Numbered from the stretch's first letter, positions 1 to 8,839 are shown. The stretch is 64,000 nucleotides of DNA from Smithellaceae bacterium (GCA_963667845.2 CAXXVL010000002.1:1024001-1088000), one strand, 5' to 3'. Notes: a model not told the origin generated them from the sequence alone. Program-made: numbers and translations.

Positions 1-2
1 TT

Positions 3-359
3 ATTTACAAAATTATTCTCGACGAGGAAATTACGCATCCCCATGCGGTGAAAGTCGTTCTGGATCACCAGAATTTTGCCCTGTATTTTTCGCGCGCGAC
101 GATTCCCTTTGTCCGCGATAAAAACCTCCGCGCCGATTACTACAAACATCACGGCATCTATGCTTACCGGCGCGACTTCCTCGATGTCTTTACAAAATTA
201 CCCGAAGGTAAACTGGAGAAACTCGAAGCCCTGGAGCAACTGCGTGCGTTGGAGTATGGTTATAAAATCAAGTGTGTCATCACACCGCATGATTCCGTGG
301 AAGTAGATAATGAGCAGGAACTCGGCCGTGTGCGCCGCATCCTGTCGTCTCGGCAATAA
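3..359 (+). CDS. kdsB: 3-deoxy-manno-octulosonate cytidylyltransferase, 5'-truncated by the window edge
   Basis: Motifs VKVV..ALYFSR.IPF, HHGIYAYR and LEKLEALEQLRALE; the frame is open back to the window start. Confidence 0.95.
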   Translation: MYKIILDEEITHPHAVKVVLDHQNFALYFSRATIPFVRDKNLRADYYKHHGIYAYRRDFLDVFTKLPEGKLEKLEALEQLRALEYGYKIKCVITPHDSVEVDNEQELGRVRRILSSRQ

Positions 360-395
360 GCCCGGCAATAATTGACATTCATCCCGGGAGTCTCG

Positions 396-1253
396 ATGAG
401 TCCGCGCAAAAGAATTATTTTACTCATTTCGATCATGGCGGCGGTGGGTCTAATCATTGAGACCATCACCATCACGCTTCTTTTTCTGACCGCGTTCAAT
501 GAACAGAAGGAAATTCTCCGTCACATCGTTACCAGCCAGGCGCGGTTGATCGAAGCCGTTGCCCGGTTTGATCGCGTTCACAGCCCGACTTATGCAGGCG
601 GCGCGACTCAGGCCACATTGAGCCAGATCGTTGATGCGCATTTCCATTATAAAGGATTTGGCGACACGGGCGAATTTACGCTGGCTGAGCGGCAGGGCGA
701 TAAGATCGCTTTTCTTTTGAGCCACCGTCATCAGGATATCTATCAACTTAAACCAGTCCCTTTCGTTTCAAAATTGGCAGAGCCCTCGCGACTGGCCCTG
801 TCCGGTAAATCCGGGACCATTGTCGGTCTCGACTACCGCGGTGTGACGGTGCTCGCTGCTTTTGAGCCGGTCCAGGGATTGAACTGGGGTATCGTGGCGA
901 AGGTTGATATGGCCGAAGTGCGTGCGCCTTTCGTTAAAGCAGCCGTCATCTCGGGTATTTTGGGAATCATCGCCATCATCGCGGGAACGATCATTTTCAT
1001 CGGACTCACGAATCCACTGATCAACAGTTTGAACAGGACCGTCGCAGAACTGGAAGAAGCCCTGGACAATGTCAACCGCTTGAGCGGTCTGCTGCCTATT
1101 TGCGCATCCTGTAAGAAAATACGAGACGATCGGGGATACTGGACGCAGATTGAATCTTATATAAAGGAACACTCGGAAGCGGAATTCAGCCATAGCATTT
1201 GTCCCGATTGTGTCCGGAAATTGTATGGCGATTTAGGTAAAAAGAAACCGTAG
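396..1253 (+). CDS. Membrane sensor: TM, Cache-like periplasmic domain, TM, C-terminal CxxC/CxxC domain
   Basis: Two hydrophobic segments flank GLDYRGVTVLAAF..WGIVAKVD (Cache-like). C-terminus LLPICASCKKIRDDRGYW..SHSICPDC. ATG 396 follows GGGAG. Confidence 0.8.
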   Translation: MSPRKRIILLISIMAAVGLIIETITITLLFLTAFNEQKEILRHIVTSQARLIEAVARFDRVHSPTYAGGATQATLSQIVDAHFHYKGFGDTGEFTLAERQGDKIAFLLSHRHQDIYQLKPVPFVSKLAEPSRLALSGKSGTIVGLDYRGVTVLAAFEPVQGLNWGIVAKVDMAEVRAPFVKAAVISGILGIIAIIAGTIIFIGLTNPLINSLNRTVAELEEALDNVNRLSGLLPICASCKKIRDDRGYWTQIESYIKEHSEAEFSHSICPDCVRKLYGDLGKKKP

Positions 1254-1274
1254 CTGCGGATGTGAGGTTTAAGG

Positions 1275-3170
1275 CTATTTCAGAATAAGACGAAACGGCG
1301 CCGGAGGAGCGAATTCTCCGGGCTCGGCCTTAATCTTTGTCGAAAACGTTTCGCAGCCGTCGGCTTCAATGGTCAAATCAAACTCGCCTGCCGGCAGATC
1401 AAAAAAAGCAAAGGCAGCTTTAAATGCAAAATCCCGTGACGCAAGAAAGGTAGCGAGGACTTCTCTGTCGCTCATCTTGTCGTTGGGCTTAAGCTGCCGG
1501 GAGATCGCCGGACCGGTCAATTTGATGGCGCGGATTTTCACGTTCTCCGGCAGGTCTTTAAAAAACCCCCAGAAACTGTCATCGGCCGATGTTGCAGCCG
1601 TCATATAACCGGCGACCATTCCCTGTGGTTTTAGAACAAATCGTGCTTCCTCAATTTTTCCTGCTTTGATGTCCAGCGTTATTTTATCCGGTTCGGTTTT
1701 GAAACCCAGCGCACAAAGGCTGACATCATACGTTTTGGGGACAATCGCTCCCGTTTCCTGCCTGGGCTGAAACGGATCCATTTTTAGCTGTGTTTCCTTT
1801 TCATCCGTTCCGGTCGGAGCCAGGACAAGAGCCATCTGTGAAGGAAAGTTGACAGTCGGGGGATCAAAGGCATGGACGACATTCAGATAGCCTTTAGAAC
1901 GAACGTATGTTTTGTCTTTATTGGCTTCCGTACCGGCTAAAACGGCTTTAAATTGAGACATCATTTGCGGGCTGGATAGAATGCTGACATGGTCTTCGTT
2001 CAGGCCGCTGACTTTAAGGGCATCGGCCTGCGCTCTCAAATCCAGCATGCTTTCCAGCGTAACCGTATTATCATTATTTTGCCGGAAGAGGCTGCCGCCT
2101 CCCTTATGGCCGAAAAACAAATAGTACCGTATCGAGGGGTCCAATTTTGTGCTCAGAACGCGTTTGATGTATTCGCTGTCCGGATCCATATCTTTCCAAC
2201 TCGGAATAACCGCGGGCGATTGTTTCACGCCTGTTTTCGCCCGCTGTTCCCCGCCCCAGGGTGTTGAAATCGATACAAAAAGCTGAATGCTATCGTGATA
2301 GTTGTCCTCTTTGGCGATAATGGCGGAACGGGACACCAGCCCCCCCATGCTGTGCGCGACAACATACAAAGATTCGAATTGATATTTCCTGTAAAGGTCA
2401 TAAAGCTTTGTTCTGAGCAGGAAGGATGTCGTGTCCAGGCGCGCACCGGACGGATAATAGAAAATCCACGGCTGGTAGCGCGAGCGGTCCAGATGATCGA
2501 TAAAATAACGCCAATCCTGCGGCGAACCTGCCGCGCCGTGAACGAAAAGGATCGGTGTCTTTTTGGAATCGTAGGGTTCTACAAAATAAATATTGCAGCC
2601 TATCCGTTTAAAAAATTCCAGCGGCGCCCAGAAACCGTCAAGTCCATTTTGCGCGGAAAATACCGGATCGTCGAGATTTGCCAATGCGCCGGCTGACGTT
2701 GAAGGTTTGCTTTTTCCACCGGAAGATTGCACCAGCATATTGAAAAAAGACGAAACCGGTTGTTTCTTTTTCGGTGTCAGGATAATATCCAGTCCGAAGA
2801 CGGCGCCGCCCATCTGCGTTTTTACTTGATCGGGTTTGCCGTAGTAGCCCGACCATTCCCCCGGATTATAAGAAAGATCCCCGTTTTTGTCCTCAAAGGC
2901 GAAAATTTCATATTGTCCCTCCTGAACTAATATTTCATATTGTCCGGATCCGGATAACACGGCGTAATCGCCAATGGTTACAATGCCATTGCGATTACTG
3001 TAAGCGACGACCACAATGGGCTTTTTAGAGGAAGAAACATTGATGATTTCACCAATCAGCAGACAGGAATCTTTGGAAAACTGGACATCCTCCCGCAGTT
3101 TGAAAAGTGCGCAACCGCTGAGATTCCAGAGGATCAGAACGAGGATAACAACGCTAAGGCATTTTTTCAT
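1275..3170 (-). CDS. Alpha/beta-hydrolase lipoprotein (lipase/esterase-like) with beta-rich accessory domains
   Basis: Lipobox LSGC, FVHG oxyanion motif, AHSMG nucleophile elbow, STPWGG, candidate catalytic Asp (NDNTV) and His (DHVSIL). Confidence 0.8.
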   Translation of the reverse strand: MKKCLSVVILVLILWNLSGCALFKLREDVQFSKDSCLLIGEIINVSSSKKPIVVVAYSNRNGIVTIGDYAVLSGSGQYEILVQEGQYEIFAFEDKNGDLSYNPGEWSGYYGKPDQVKTQMGGAVFGLDIILTPKKKQPVSSFFNMLVQSSGGKSKPSTSAGALANLDDPVFSAQNGLDGFWAPLEFFKRIGCNIYFVEPYDSKKTPILFVHGAAGSPQDWRYFIDHLDRSRYQPWIFYYPSGARLDTTSFLLRTKLYDLYRKYQFESLYVVAHSMGGLVSRSAIIAKEDNYHDSIQLFVSISTPWGGEQRAKTGVKQSPAVIPSWKDMDPDSEYIKRVLSTKLDPSIRYYLFFGHKGGGSLFRQNNDNTVTLESMLDLRAQADALKVSGLNEDHVSILSSPQMMSQFKAVLAGTEANKDKTYVRSKGYLNVVHAFDPPTVNFPSQMALVLAPTGTDEKETQLKMDPFQPRQETGAIVPKTYDVSLCALGFKTEPDKITLDIKAGKIEEARFVLKPQGMVAGYMTAATSADDSFWGFFKDLPENVKIRAIKLTGPAISRQLKPNDKMSDREVLATFLASRDFAFKAAFAFFDLPAGEFDLTIEADGCETFSTKIKAEPGEFAPPAPFRLILK

Positions 3171-3295
3171 AAGAATTCAATCCCACTCCGTGAATAAAGG
3201 TCGTTATTATTGTCCGGGGTTCTCGCATCATTAAAGTAATTTGTAATGAAGATATCAGACTTGTGGAATGGATTCAATGTGAATGTTATGAGCTG

Positions 3296-3339
3296 TAGGG
3301 AGCGGCCGCAACCGATTGCCCGGCTGCGGCCGCTCCCTA
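3296..3339. repeat. REP-like 15-bp perfect inverted repeat, possible terminator below ilvD
   Basis: TAGGGAGCGGCCGCA-N14-TGCGGCCGCTCCCTA with GTAG at the left end. Confidence 0.6.
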
Positions 3340-3350
3340 TGGTCTTTCTG

Positions 3351-5012
3351 CTAATCTTTGAAGATGGCCCCCGTGGAGGCCGATGTCACCAGTCTGGCAT
3401 AGCGCGCCAGATAGCCGCTAGTGATCAAAGGCTTTCGCGGTTTTAAAGTCTTTCTGCGTTTTTCCAGTTCCGCGTCACTGACTTTCAAATTCAATGATTT
3501 TGCCGGCATGTCAATAGAGATAATATCTCCTTCCTTGACAAGAGCGATCGGGCCGCCTTCCGCCGCTTCCGGCGAGATATGGCCGATAGCCGCACCCTGT
3601 GTGCCGCCGCTGAAACGCCCGTCCGTCAAAAGCGCAACTGTCTTGTCGAGCCCCATACCGACGATGGCTGCGGTCGGCGAAAGCATTTCGCGCATACCCG
3701 GGCCGCCTTTGGGGCCTTCGTAGCGGATCACCACGATATCACCCGGCTTGATTTTTCCGGCAAGGATGGCGGAAATGGCATCATCCTCGCAATCAAACAC
3801 ACGGGCTTTGCCTTCGTTGACCTGCATTGCCGGCGCTACGGCGGATTGCTTGACCACCGCGCCGTCGGGCGCCAGGTTTCCGCGCAAAACGGCAATGCCG
3901 CCCTGCCTTGAATAAGGGTTAGCGAGCGGCCGGATGACATCCTCGTTTAGCACCCGGGCCGTTTTCATATTGTCACCCACGGACTTTCCGGTAACCGTCA
4001 TGACCTTCCGATCGATGACTCCCAGAGGTGCGATGGCTTTCATGAGCGCCTGAATCCCACCTGCGGCATCGAAATCTTCAATATGATGATGCCCGGCGGG
4101 GCTGAGCTTGCAGAGATTCGGCGTGCGTCCGCTGATCTTGTTGAAAAGATCAAGATCCAGCGTGATGCCCGCTTCGTGAGCGATCGCCGGGATATGCAAA
4201 ACCGTGTTTGTGGAACAACCCAGCGCCATATCGACCGCCATCGCGTTTTTGAAAGCGGCCAGAGTTGCGATGTCGCGGGGGCGGACATTCTTTTTGAGAA
4301 GATCCATAATTTTCATGCCCGCGTATTTGGCAAGCCTGTGGCGCCCGGCAAAAACGGCCGGAATAGTGCCGTTGCCGGGCAATCCCAGACCCAGCGCCTC
4401 CGTGACGCAGTTCATGGAATTGGCCGTGTACATCCCGGAACAGGACCCGCAACCGGGGCAGGCGCAGTCTTCAAGCTGCCTCAATTCTTCCAGTGTCATC
4501 TTTTTGGCTTTAACGGCGCCGACGCCTTCGAACACCGAGATCAGGTCAACGGCTCTGTCCTGGTACTTTCCCGCCAGCATCGGCCCTCCACTGATAAAGA
4601 TGCAGGGAATGTTGAGCCGGAGCGCGGCCATGAGCATGCCGGGGATGATCTTGTCGCAGTTGGGAATGAAAACCAGCGCGTCAAAAGGATGCGCCGTCGC
4701 CATAATTTCAATGGAGTCGGCAATCAGTTCGCGGCTGGCGAGCGAATATTTCATGCCCGCGTGATTCATGGCGATGCCGTCGCATACGCCAATGACGGGA
4801 AACTCAATCGGCGTGCCGCCGGACATGCGAATCCCCGCCTTGACATCCTGCGTGATCAAATCCAGGTGGATATGACCGGGAATAATTTCATTGGCGGAGT
4901 TTACCACCCCGATGAGCGGTCTGGCGATTTCTTCATCCGTATAGCCCATCGCTTTAAAGAGCGAGCGGTGCGGCGCCCGCTCCAATCCCTTCTTCATCAA
5001 ATCACTTCGCAT
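3351..5012 (-). CDS. ilvD: Dihydroxy-acid dehydratase
   Basis: Motifs [38 protein letters not shown] and TDGRFSG. Confidence 0.98.
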   Translation of the reverse strand: MRSDLMKKGLERAPHRSLFKAMGYTDEEIARPLIGVVNSANEIIPGHIHLDLITQDVKAGIRMSGGTPIEFPVIGVCDGIAMNHAGMKYSLASRELIADSIEIMATAHPFDALVFIPNCDKIIPGMLMAALRLNIPCIFISGGPMLAGKYQDRAVDLISVFEGVGAVKAKKMTLEELRQLEDCACPGCGSCSGMYTANSMNCVTEALGLGLPGNGTIPAVFAGRHRLAKYAGMKIMDLLKKNVRPRDIATLAAFKNAMAVDMALGCSTNTVLHIPAIAHEAGITLDLDLFNKISGRTPNLCKLSPAGHHHIEDFDAAGGIQALMKAIAPLGVIDRKVMTVTGKSVGDNMKTARVLNEDVIRPLANPYSRQGGIAVLRGNLAPDGAVVKQSAVAPAMQVNEGKARVFDCEDDAISAILAGKIKPGDIVVIRYEGPKGGPGMREMLSPTAAIVGMGLDKTVALLTDGRFSGGTQGAAIGHISPEAAEGGPIALVKEGDIISIDMPAKSLNLKVSDAELEKRRKTLKPRKPLITSGYLARYARLVTSASTGAIFKD

Positions 5013-5032
5013 TTCGTTCTCCCTTTAAATTA

Positions 5033-5166
5033 AACGGGTTTGTAAAGAGCTCCAGATGCAAGGCGTCCGAGTTTTGAGGAATGCGGCGTATCTTGATACG
5101 CCGCAATGGCGCAAAATGACGCAAAACGAAGGGCAACGCAGCAGATGGACTCTTTACGAAGCCGTT
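5033..5166. mobile_element. About 134-bp non-coding palindromic (MITE-like) element between ilvC and ilvD
   Basis: Imperfect 17-bp terminal inverted repeats (AACGGGTTTGTAAAGAG / CTCTTTACGAAGCCGTT) and a central perfect stem TGCGGCGTATC-TT-GATACGCCGCA. Confidence 0.6.
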
Positions 5167-5167
5167 A

Positions 5168-6223
5168 TTATTTCTTACGTTTTTCCGGTCTCAGCGCGCG
5201 AACGGCCGCGCCGGCCTGCCACATTTCGGACTCGCGCATTTCCTTGAGCTCGGCGTTGAGTTTTTCCTTGTAGTCGGGCGCGCTGTTCACACGCAGAACG
5301 ATCTCCGTCTCCTTGCCGGTAGCGACGGAATTATACAGTTCGGCGAAGACCGGCTCGACGGCTTTGCGGAATTTGTGCCGCCAGTCGAGTGCGCCGCGCT
5401 GAGCGGTGCCTGAACAGTTGGCGTACATCCAGTCCATGCCGTTTTCACCGACCAGGCGGATCAGGCTCTGGGTCAGTTCTTCCACCGTTTCGTTGAAGGC
5501 TTCGCTCGGCGTATGGCCGTGTTTGCGCAGCTCGGCATATTGCGCTTCCATCATGCCGGCCAGCGCGCCCATCAGCACGCCGCGTTCACCGGTAAGATCG
5601 CTGTAAACTTCCATCTGGAAAGTCGTCGGGAACAAAAACCCCGAACCGATGGCGATGCCCAGGGCGAGCGTGCGCTCCATGGCCCGGCCGGTTGCGTCCT
5701 GATGTACCGCAAAGCTGGAATTGATCCCGCTACCGTCGACGAAATTGCGGCGAACACTGGTGCCGGATCCTTTGGGTGCGACCATAATCACATCAACAAA
5801 ATCAGGCGGGATAACGCCGGTCTGTTCTTTATAAACAATGGAAAAACCATGCGAAAAATAGAGCGCATCGCCTTTTTTCAGGTGCGGTTTGACCTTCGGC
5901 CACAAAATGGTCTGCGCCGCGTCGGAAACCAGATACTGAATGATCGTTGCCTTTTCTACTGCTTCCTCAATCGGGAAAAGTGTCTGGCCGGGAACCCAGC
6001 CGTCGGCAATTGCTTTATCCCAGTAAGGCTTATCCTCCGGGGACTGTCCGATGATAACGTTGACACCATTGTCTCTCATATTGAACGCCTGGGCGGGCCC
6101 TTGAACTCCGTAACCCAGCACGGCGATCACTTCTTTTTTAAGAACGTCCTGCGCTTTCTTCACTGTGAATTCTTCCGCGGTCACGACGTCTTCTACTGTT
6201 CCACCAAAATTAATTTTTGCCAT
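5168..6223 (-). CDS. ilvC: Ketol-acid reductoisomerase, Bacteroidota/fungal Ilv5-like clade
   Basis: Motifs GYGVQG, LYFSHGF, APKGSG, SDLTGERGVLMG and CSGTAQRGALDW; N-terminal INFGG extension. Confidence 0.97.
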   Translation of the reverse strand: MAKINFGGTVEDVVTAEEFTVKKAQDVLKKEVIAVLGYGVQGPAQAFNMRDNGVNVIIGQSPEDKPYWDKAIADGWVPGQTLFPIEEAVEKATIIQYLVSDAAQTILWPKVKPHLKKGDALYFSHGFSIVYKEQTGVIPPDFVDVIMVAPKGSGTSVRRNFVDGSGINSSFAVHQDATGRAMERTLALGIAIGSGFLFPTTFQMEVYSDLTGERGVLMGALAGMMEAQYAELRKHGHTPSEAFNETVEELTQSLIRLVGENGMDWMYANCSGTAQRGALDWRHKFRKAVEPVFAELYNSVATGKETEIVLRVNSAPDYKEKLNAELKEMRESEMWQAGAAVRALRPEKRKK

Positions 6224-6274
6224 AAAACCCCCTCTTGTTAATGTTTATGATTCGTTATTTTTGTATTGGTTAAT

Positions 6275-6760
6275 TTATTCTTCCAACTTCAGAGCGACGA
6301 GGCCTGTTCGGGTGATGTCCGTAATGCCGAGCGGTTCCAGACGTGCCAGAGAGAAGTCGATTTGCGTTTTGTCACCCGTTATTTCAACGATAACGCAGGC
6401 GTCTCCCGACACGATTGTTTTCCATTTGTTTGCGTCAACGGCATTCTTGACGGCCTCCGAATTTTGAGCCGTCAGATTCAGCCGGACCAGAACCATTTCG
6501 CGGTGGATGGATTCGACGTTGGTAAGATCATCCACTGAAATCACATCGACCAGCCTCTGCAGTTGATTCTCAATCCGGGTGATGGTGGCTTGAGACCCCG
6601 ACGTGGTCATCACGATTTTCGAGATGTCATTCTGCGTAGTCGTATTCACGCAAAGGCTGTCGATGTTATAGCCTTTGCCTCCCAATGTTCCGGCGATCCT
6701 GGCCAGCACATCGGGTTTATTGTGTACCAAAATTGAAATAATGTGATCCTTCTTCTCCAT
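6275..6760 (-). CDS. ilvN: Acetolactate synthase small (regulatory, ACT) subunit
   Basis: ACT motif ISILVHNKPDVLARI..GYNIDSL and C-terminal EITGD..RTG; follows ilvB. Confidence 0.92.
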   Translation of the reverse strand: MEKKDHIISILVHNKPDVLARIAGTLGGKGYNIDSLCVNTTTQNDISKIVMTTSGSQATITRIENQLQRLVDVISVDDLTNVESIHREMVLVRLNLTAQNSEAVKNAVDANKWKTIVSGDACVIVEITGDKTQIDFSLARLEPLGITDITRTGLVALKLEE

Positions 6761-6799
6761 TTGCTCCAACCTCTCATTTGTAAATTATTTGACGAGTCA

Positions 6800-8503
6800 T
6801 CAGTTGATCATTTCTCTCGATCCCAGGGCCATTTGACTGATGGATTCGCCCGGATGGACCATGGGATAAACGCATTCTTCGCGCGACACACGGAAATCCA
6901 TCAGCACCGGCCGATTGATGGACAACCCCTGCTTTAATACAGACTCTACTTCGGCCGGCTTAGTTGCCCTGAGGCCTATGATACCGAACGCTTCGGCCAG
7001 TTTCACGAAATCCGGCGCGTAGGTCATATCGGTAAACGAATATCTTTTTTCATAAAAGAGCTCCTGCCACTGGCGGACCATGCCTAAAAAGCTGTTGTTC
7101 AGCAGGACTATTTTCACTGCGATGTTATACTGGGCGGCGGTGGCCAACTCCTGAATATTCATCTGGATGCTGCCGTCACCGGCAATATCCACGACCTGCC
7201 TGTCGGGGAACGCGCATTTGACGCCGATGGCTGCGGGCAGGCCAAACCCCATGGTGCCCAAGCCCCCCGATGAAATGAAAGAATTGGGCTTGGCAAACTT
7301 GAAAAACTGCGCCGTCCACATCTGATTCTGGCCGACTTCCGTCGTAATCAGGGCGTCTCCCCCGGTAATCTTGTAAAGCGTTTCGATGACGTATTGCGGC
7401 TTGATGACCTCCCCGTTCTGGCAATAGGTGAGCGGCACTTTTTCACGCCATTCGGCGATTTCGGAAAACCATTCGCCGCGTGAGGAAGCGTCCTGTTCAT
7501 AATGGTGCTCTTCCAGAAAACGCAAAAGATCTTTGAGCGTGGCCTTCGTGTCGCCGATAATCGGCAGATCGACGGTGACATTCTTGTTGATGGAAGATGG
7601 ATCAATATCAATGTGGACAATTTTGGCGTTGGCGGCAAACGTATCGATCGTACCGGTCACGCGATCGTCGAACCGTACGCCGATGGCCAGCAGCAAATCG
7701 CAGTGGCTCACGGCCATATTCGCGTAGTATGTGCCGTGCATACCCAGCATGCCCAGCCACAACGGATCATTCCCCGGGAATGATCCGAGACCCATCAGGG
7801 TGCCGGTCACAGGAATTTCATATTTACGGGCCAGTTCGGTTAATTCTTCCGCTGCTCTGCCCAGGATGACGCCTCCTCCAGTCATAATTAGAGGTTTCCT
7901 GGCGGACTGGAGCATTCCCAGGACAGTGGCCATCTTTTTAGGCGCCGGCTTATAGGAGACCTCATGATTGCGAATTTTTACGTTGGCCGGGTCATAATCG
8001 GTCTGTGCAGCCATGACATTCTTGGGCAGATCCACCAGCACCGGGCCGGGTCTGCCGGAGCGGGCGATATGAAAAGCTTCCTTAATCGTCTGGGCAAGTT
8101 CTTCAACGTTGCGGACGAGAAAATTATGTTTTGTACACGGACGCGTGATGCCGGTGATGTCGCATTCCTGAAAAGCATCATTGCCGATGAGACCGGTCGG
8201 GACCTGCCCGGTAAAAACCACCAGTGGAATAGAATCCATATTCGCCGTAGCAATGCCGGTAACCGTATTGGTGGCGCCGGGGCCGGATGTCACAAGGCAA
8301 ACGCCTACTTTGCCGGTGGAACGCGCATAACCGTCGGCGGCGTGCACGGCGCCCTGCTCATGACGAACTAAAATATGCCTGAGGTTGCTTTTATAAAGCT
8401 GATCATAGATATCCAGGACGGCCCCGCCCGGGTATCCAAAGATGATATCAACTTTTTCTTCTTCCAGCACTTTCAGCAGAATTTCCGTGCCTTTCAACTT
8501 CAT
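6800..8503 (-). CDS. ilvB: Acetolactate synthase large subunit (biosynthetic)
   Basis: Motifs FGYPGG, RHEQGA, TSGPGATN, GMHG, RFDDRV and GDGS..N (ThDP). ATG 8503 follows GGAGG; an alternative ATG is at 8521. Confidence 0.98.
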   Translation of the reverse strand: MKLKGTEILLKVLEEEKVDIIFGYPGGAVLDIYDQLYKSNLRHILVRHEQGAVHAADGYARSTGKVGVCLVTSGPGATNTVTGIATANMDSIPLVVFTGQVPTGLIGNDAFQECDITGITRPCTKHNFLVRNVEELAQTIKEAFHIARSGRPGPVLVDLPKNVMAAQTDYDPANVKIRNHEVSYKPAPKKMATVLGMLQSARKPLIMTGGGVILGRAAEELTELARKYEIPVTGTLMGLGSFPGNDPLWLGMLGMHGTYYANMAVSHCDLLLAIGVRFDDRVTGTIDTFAANAKIVHIDIDPSSINKNVTVDLPIIGDTKATLKDLLRFLEEHHYEQDASSRGEWFSEIAEWREKVPLTYCQNGEVIKPQYVIETLYKITGGDALITTEVGQNQMWTAQFFKFAKPNSFISSGGLGTMGFGLPAAIGVKCAFPDRQVVDIAGDGSIQMNIQELATAAQYNIAVKIVLLNNSFLGMVRQWQELFYEKRYSFTDMTYAPDFVKLAEAFGIIGLRATKPAEVESVLKQGLSINRPVLMDFRVSREECVYPMVHPGESISQMALGSREMIN

Positions 8504-8559
8504 CCCCTTTGACTCCTCCATGTTTCTTTACTATTTGAATCAAAATAATCATTAAAATT

Positions 8560-8596
8560 AAAAAAGCCGCCAGTTTCCTTCGGAAAAAGCGGCTTT
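8560..8596 (-). terminator. Second (promoter-distal) intrinsic terminator in the ilvB leader
   Basis: mRNA reads AAAGCCGC-TTTTTCCGAAGGAAACTG-GCGGCTTTTTT. Confidence 0.75.
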
Positions 8597-8603
8597 ACTG
8601 AAT

Positions 8604-8639
8604 AAAAGAAAGCCGCGGGCTTTTCGGGGCCCGCGGCTT
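8604..8639 (-). terminator. First attenuator terminator (3:4) in the ilvB leader
   Basis: mRNA reads AAGCCGCGGGC-CCCGAAAA-GCCCGCGGCTT followed by TCTTTT. Confidence 0.85.
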
Positions 8640-8651
8640 GTATCCTTGATC

Positions 8652-8756
8652 TTAGAGATACAGAGCGGCAGACCCCATAAGTACGACTACTACGACGAGC
8701 AATCTTACAATGGCCTGTATCTGAATTCTGCCGCTGTCGAAATCTTTAAGAAACAT
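8652..8756 (-). CDS. ilv operon leader peptide, 34 aa: MFLKDFDSGRIQIQAIVRLLVVVVVLMGSAALYL
   Basis: Translated by hand (absent from the ORF track). AGGAAG RBS; five consecutive Val codons preceded by Ile and Leu codons; overlaps the antiterminator arm. Confidence 0.88.
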   Translation of the reverse strand: MFLKDFDSGRIQIQAIVRLLVVVVVLMGSAALYL

Positions 8757-8782
8757 AACTACTTCCTAATTTATTTAACTGT

Positions 8783-8811
8783 CTTTTAACTAAAATAAAC
8801 GCGCTTGTCAA
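8783..8811 (-). promoter_or_regulatory. sigma70-type promoter of the ilv leader
   Basis: TTGACA-17 bp-TAAAAG. Confidence 0.7.
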
Positions 8812-8839
8812 GGGGCATTCTCACGGGCATTCATAATTT

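Noticed and set aside
4083..5033. Long antisense ORFs (4083-5033, also 5513-6241, 12895-13704, 30196-31368, 35318-36160, 60933-61958)
   Set aside because: They lie opposite well-conserved genes and have no motifs; they are the usual shadows of GC-biased codon usage.
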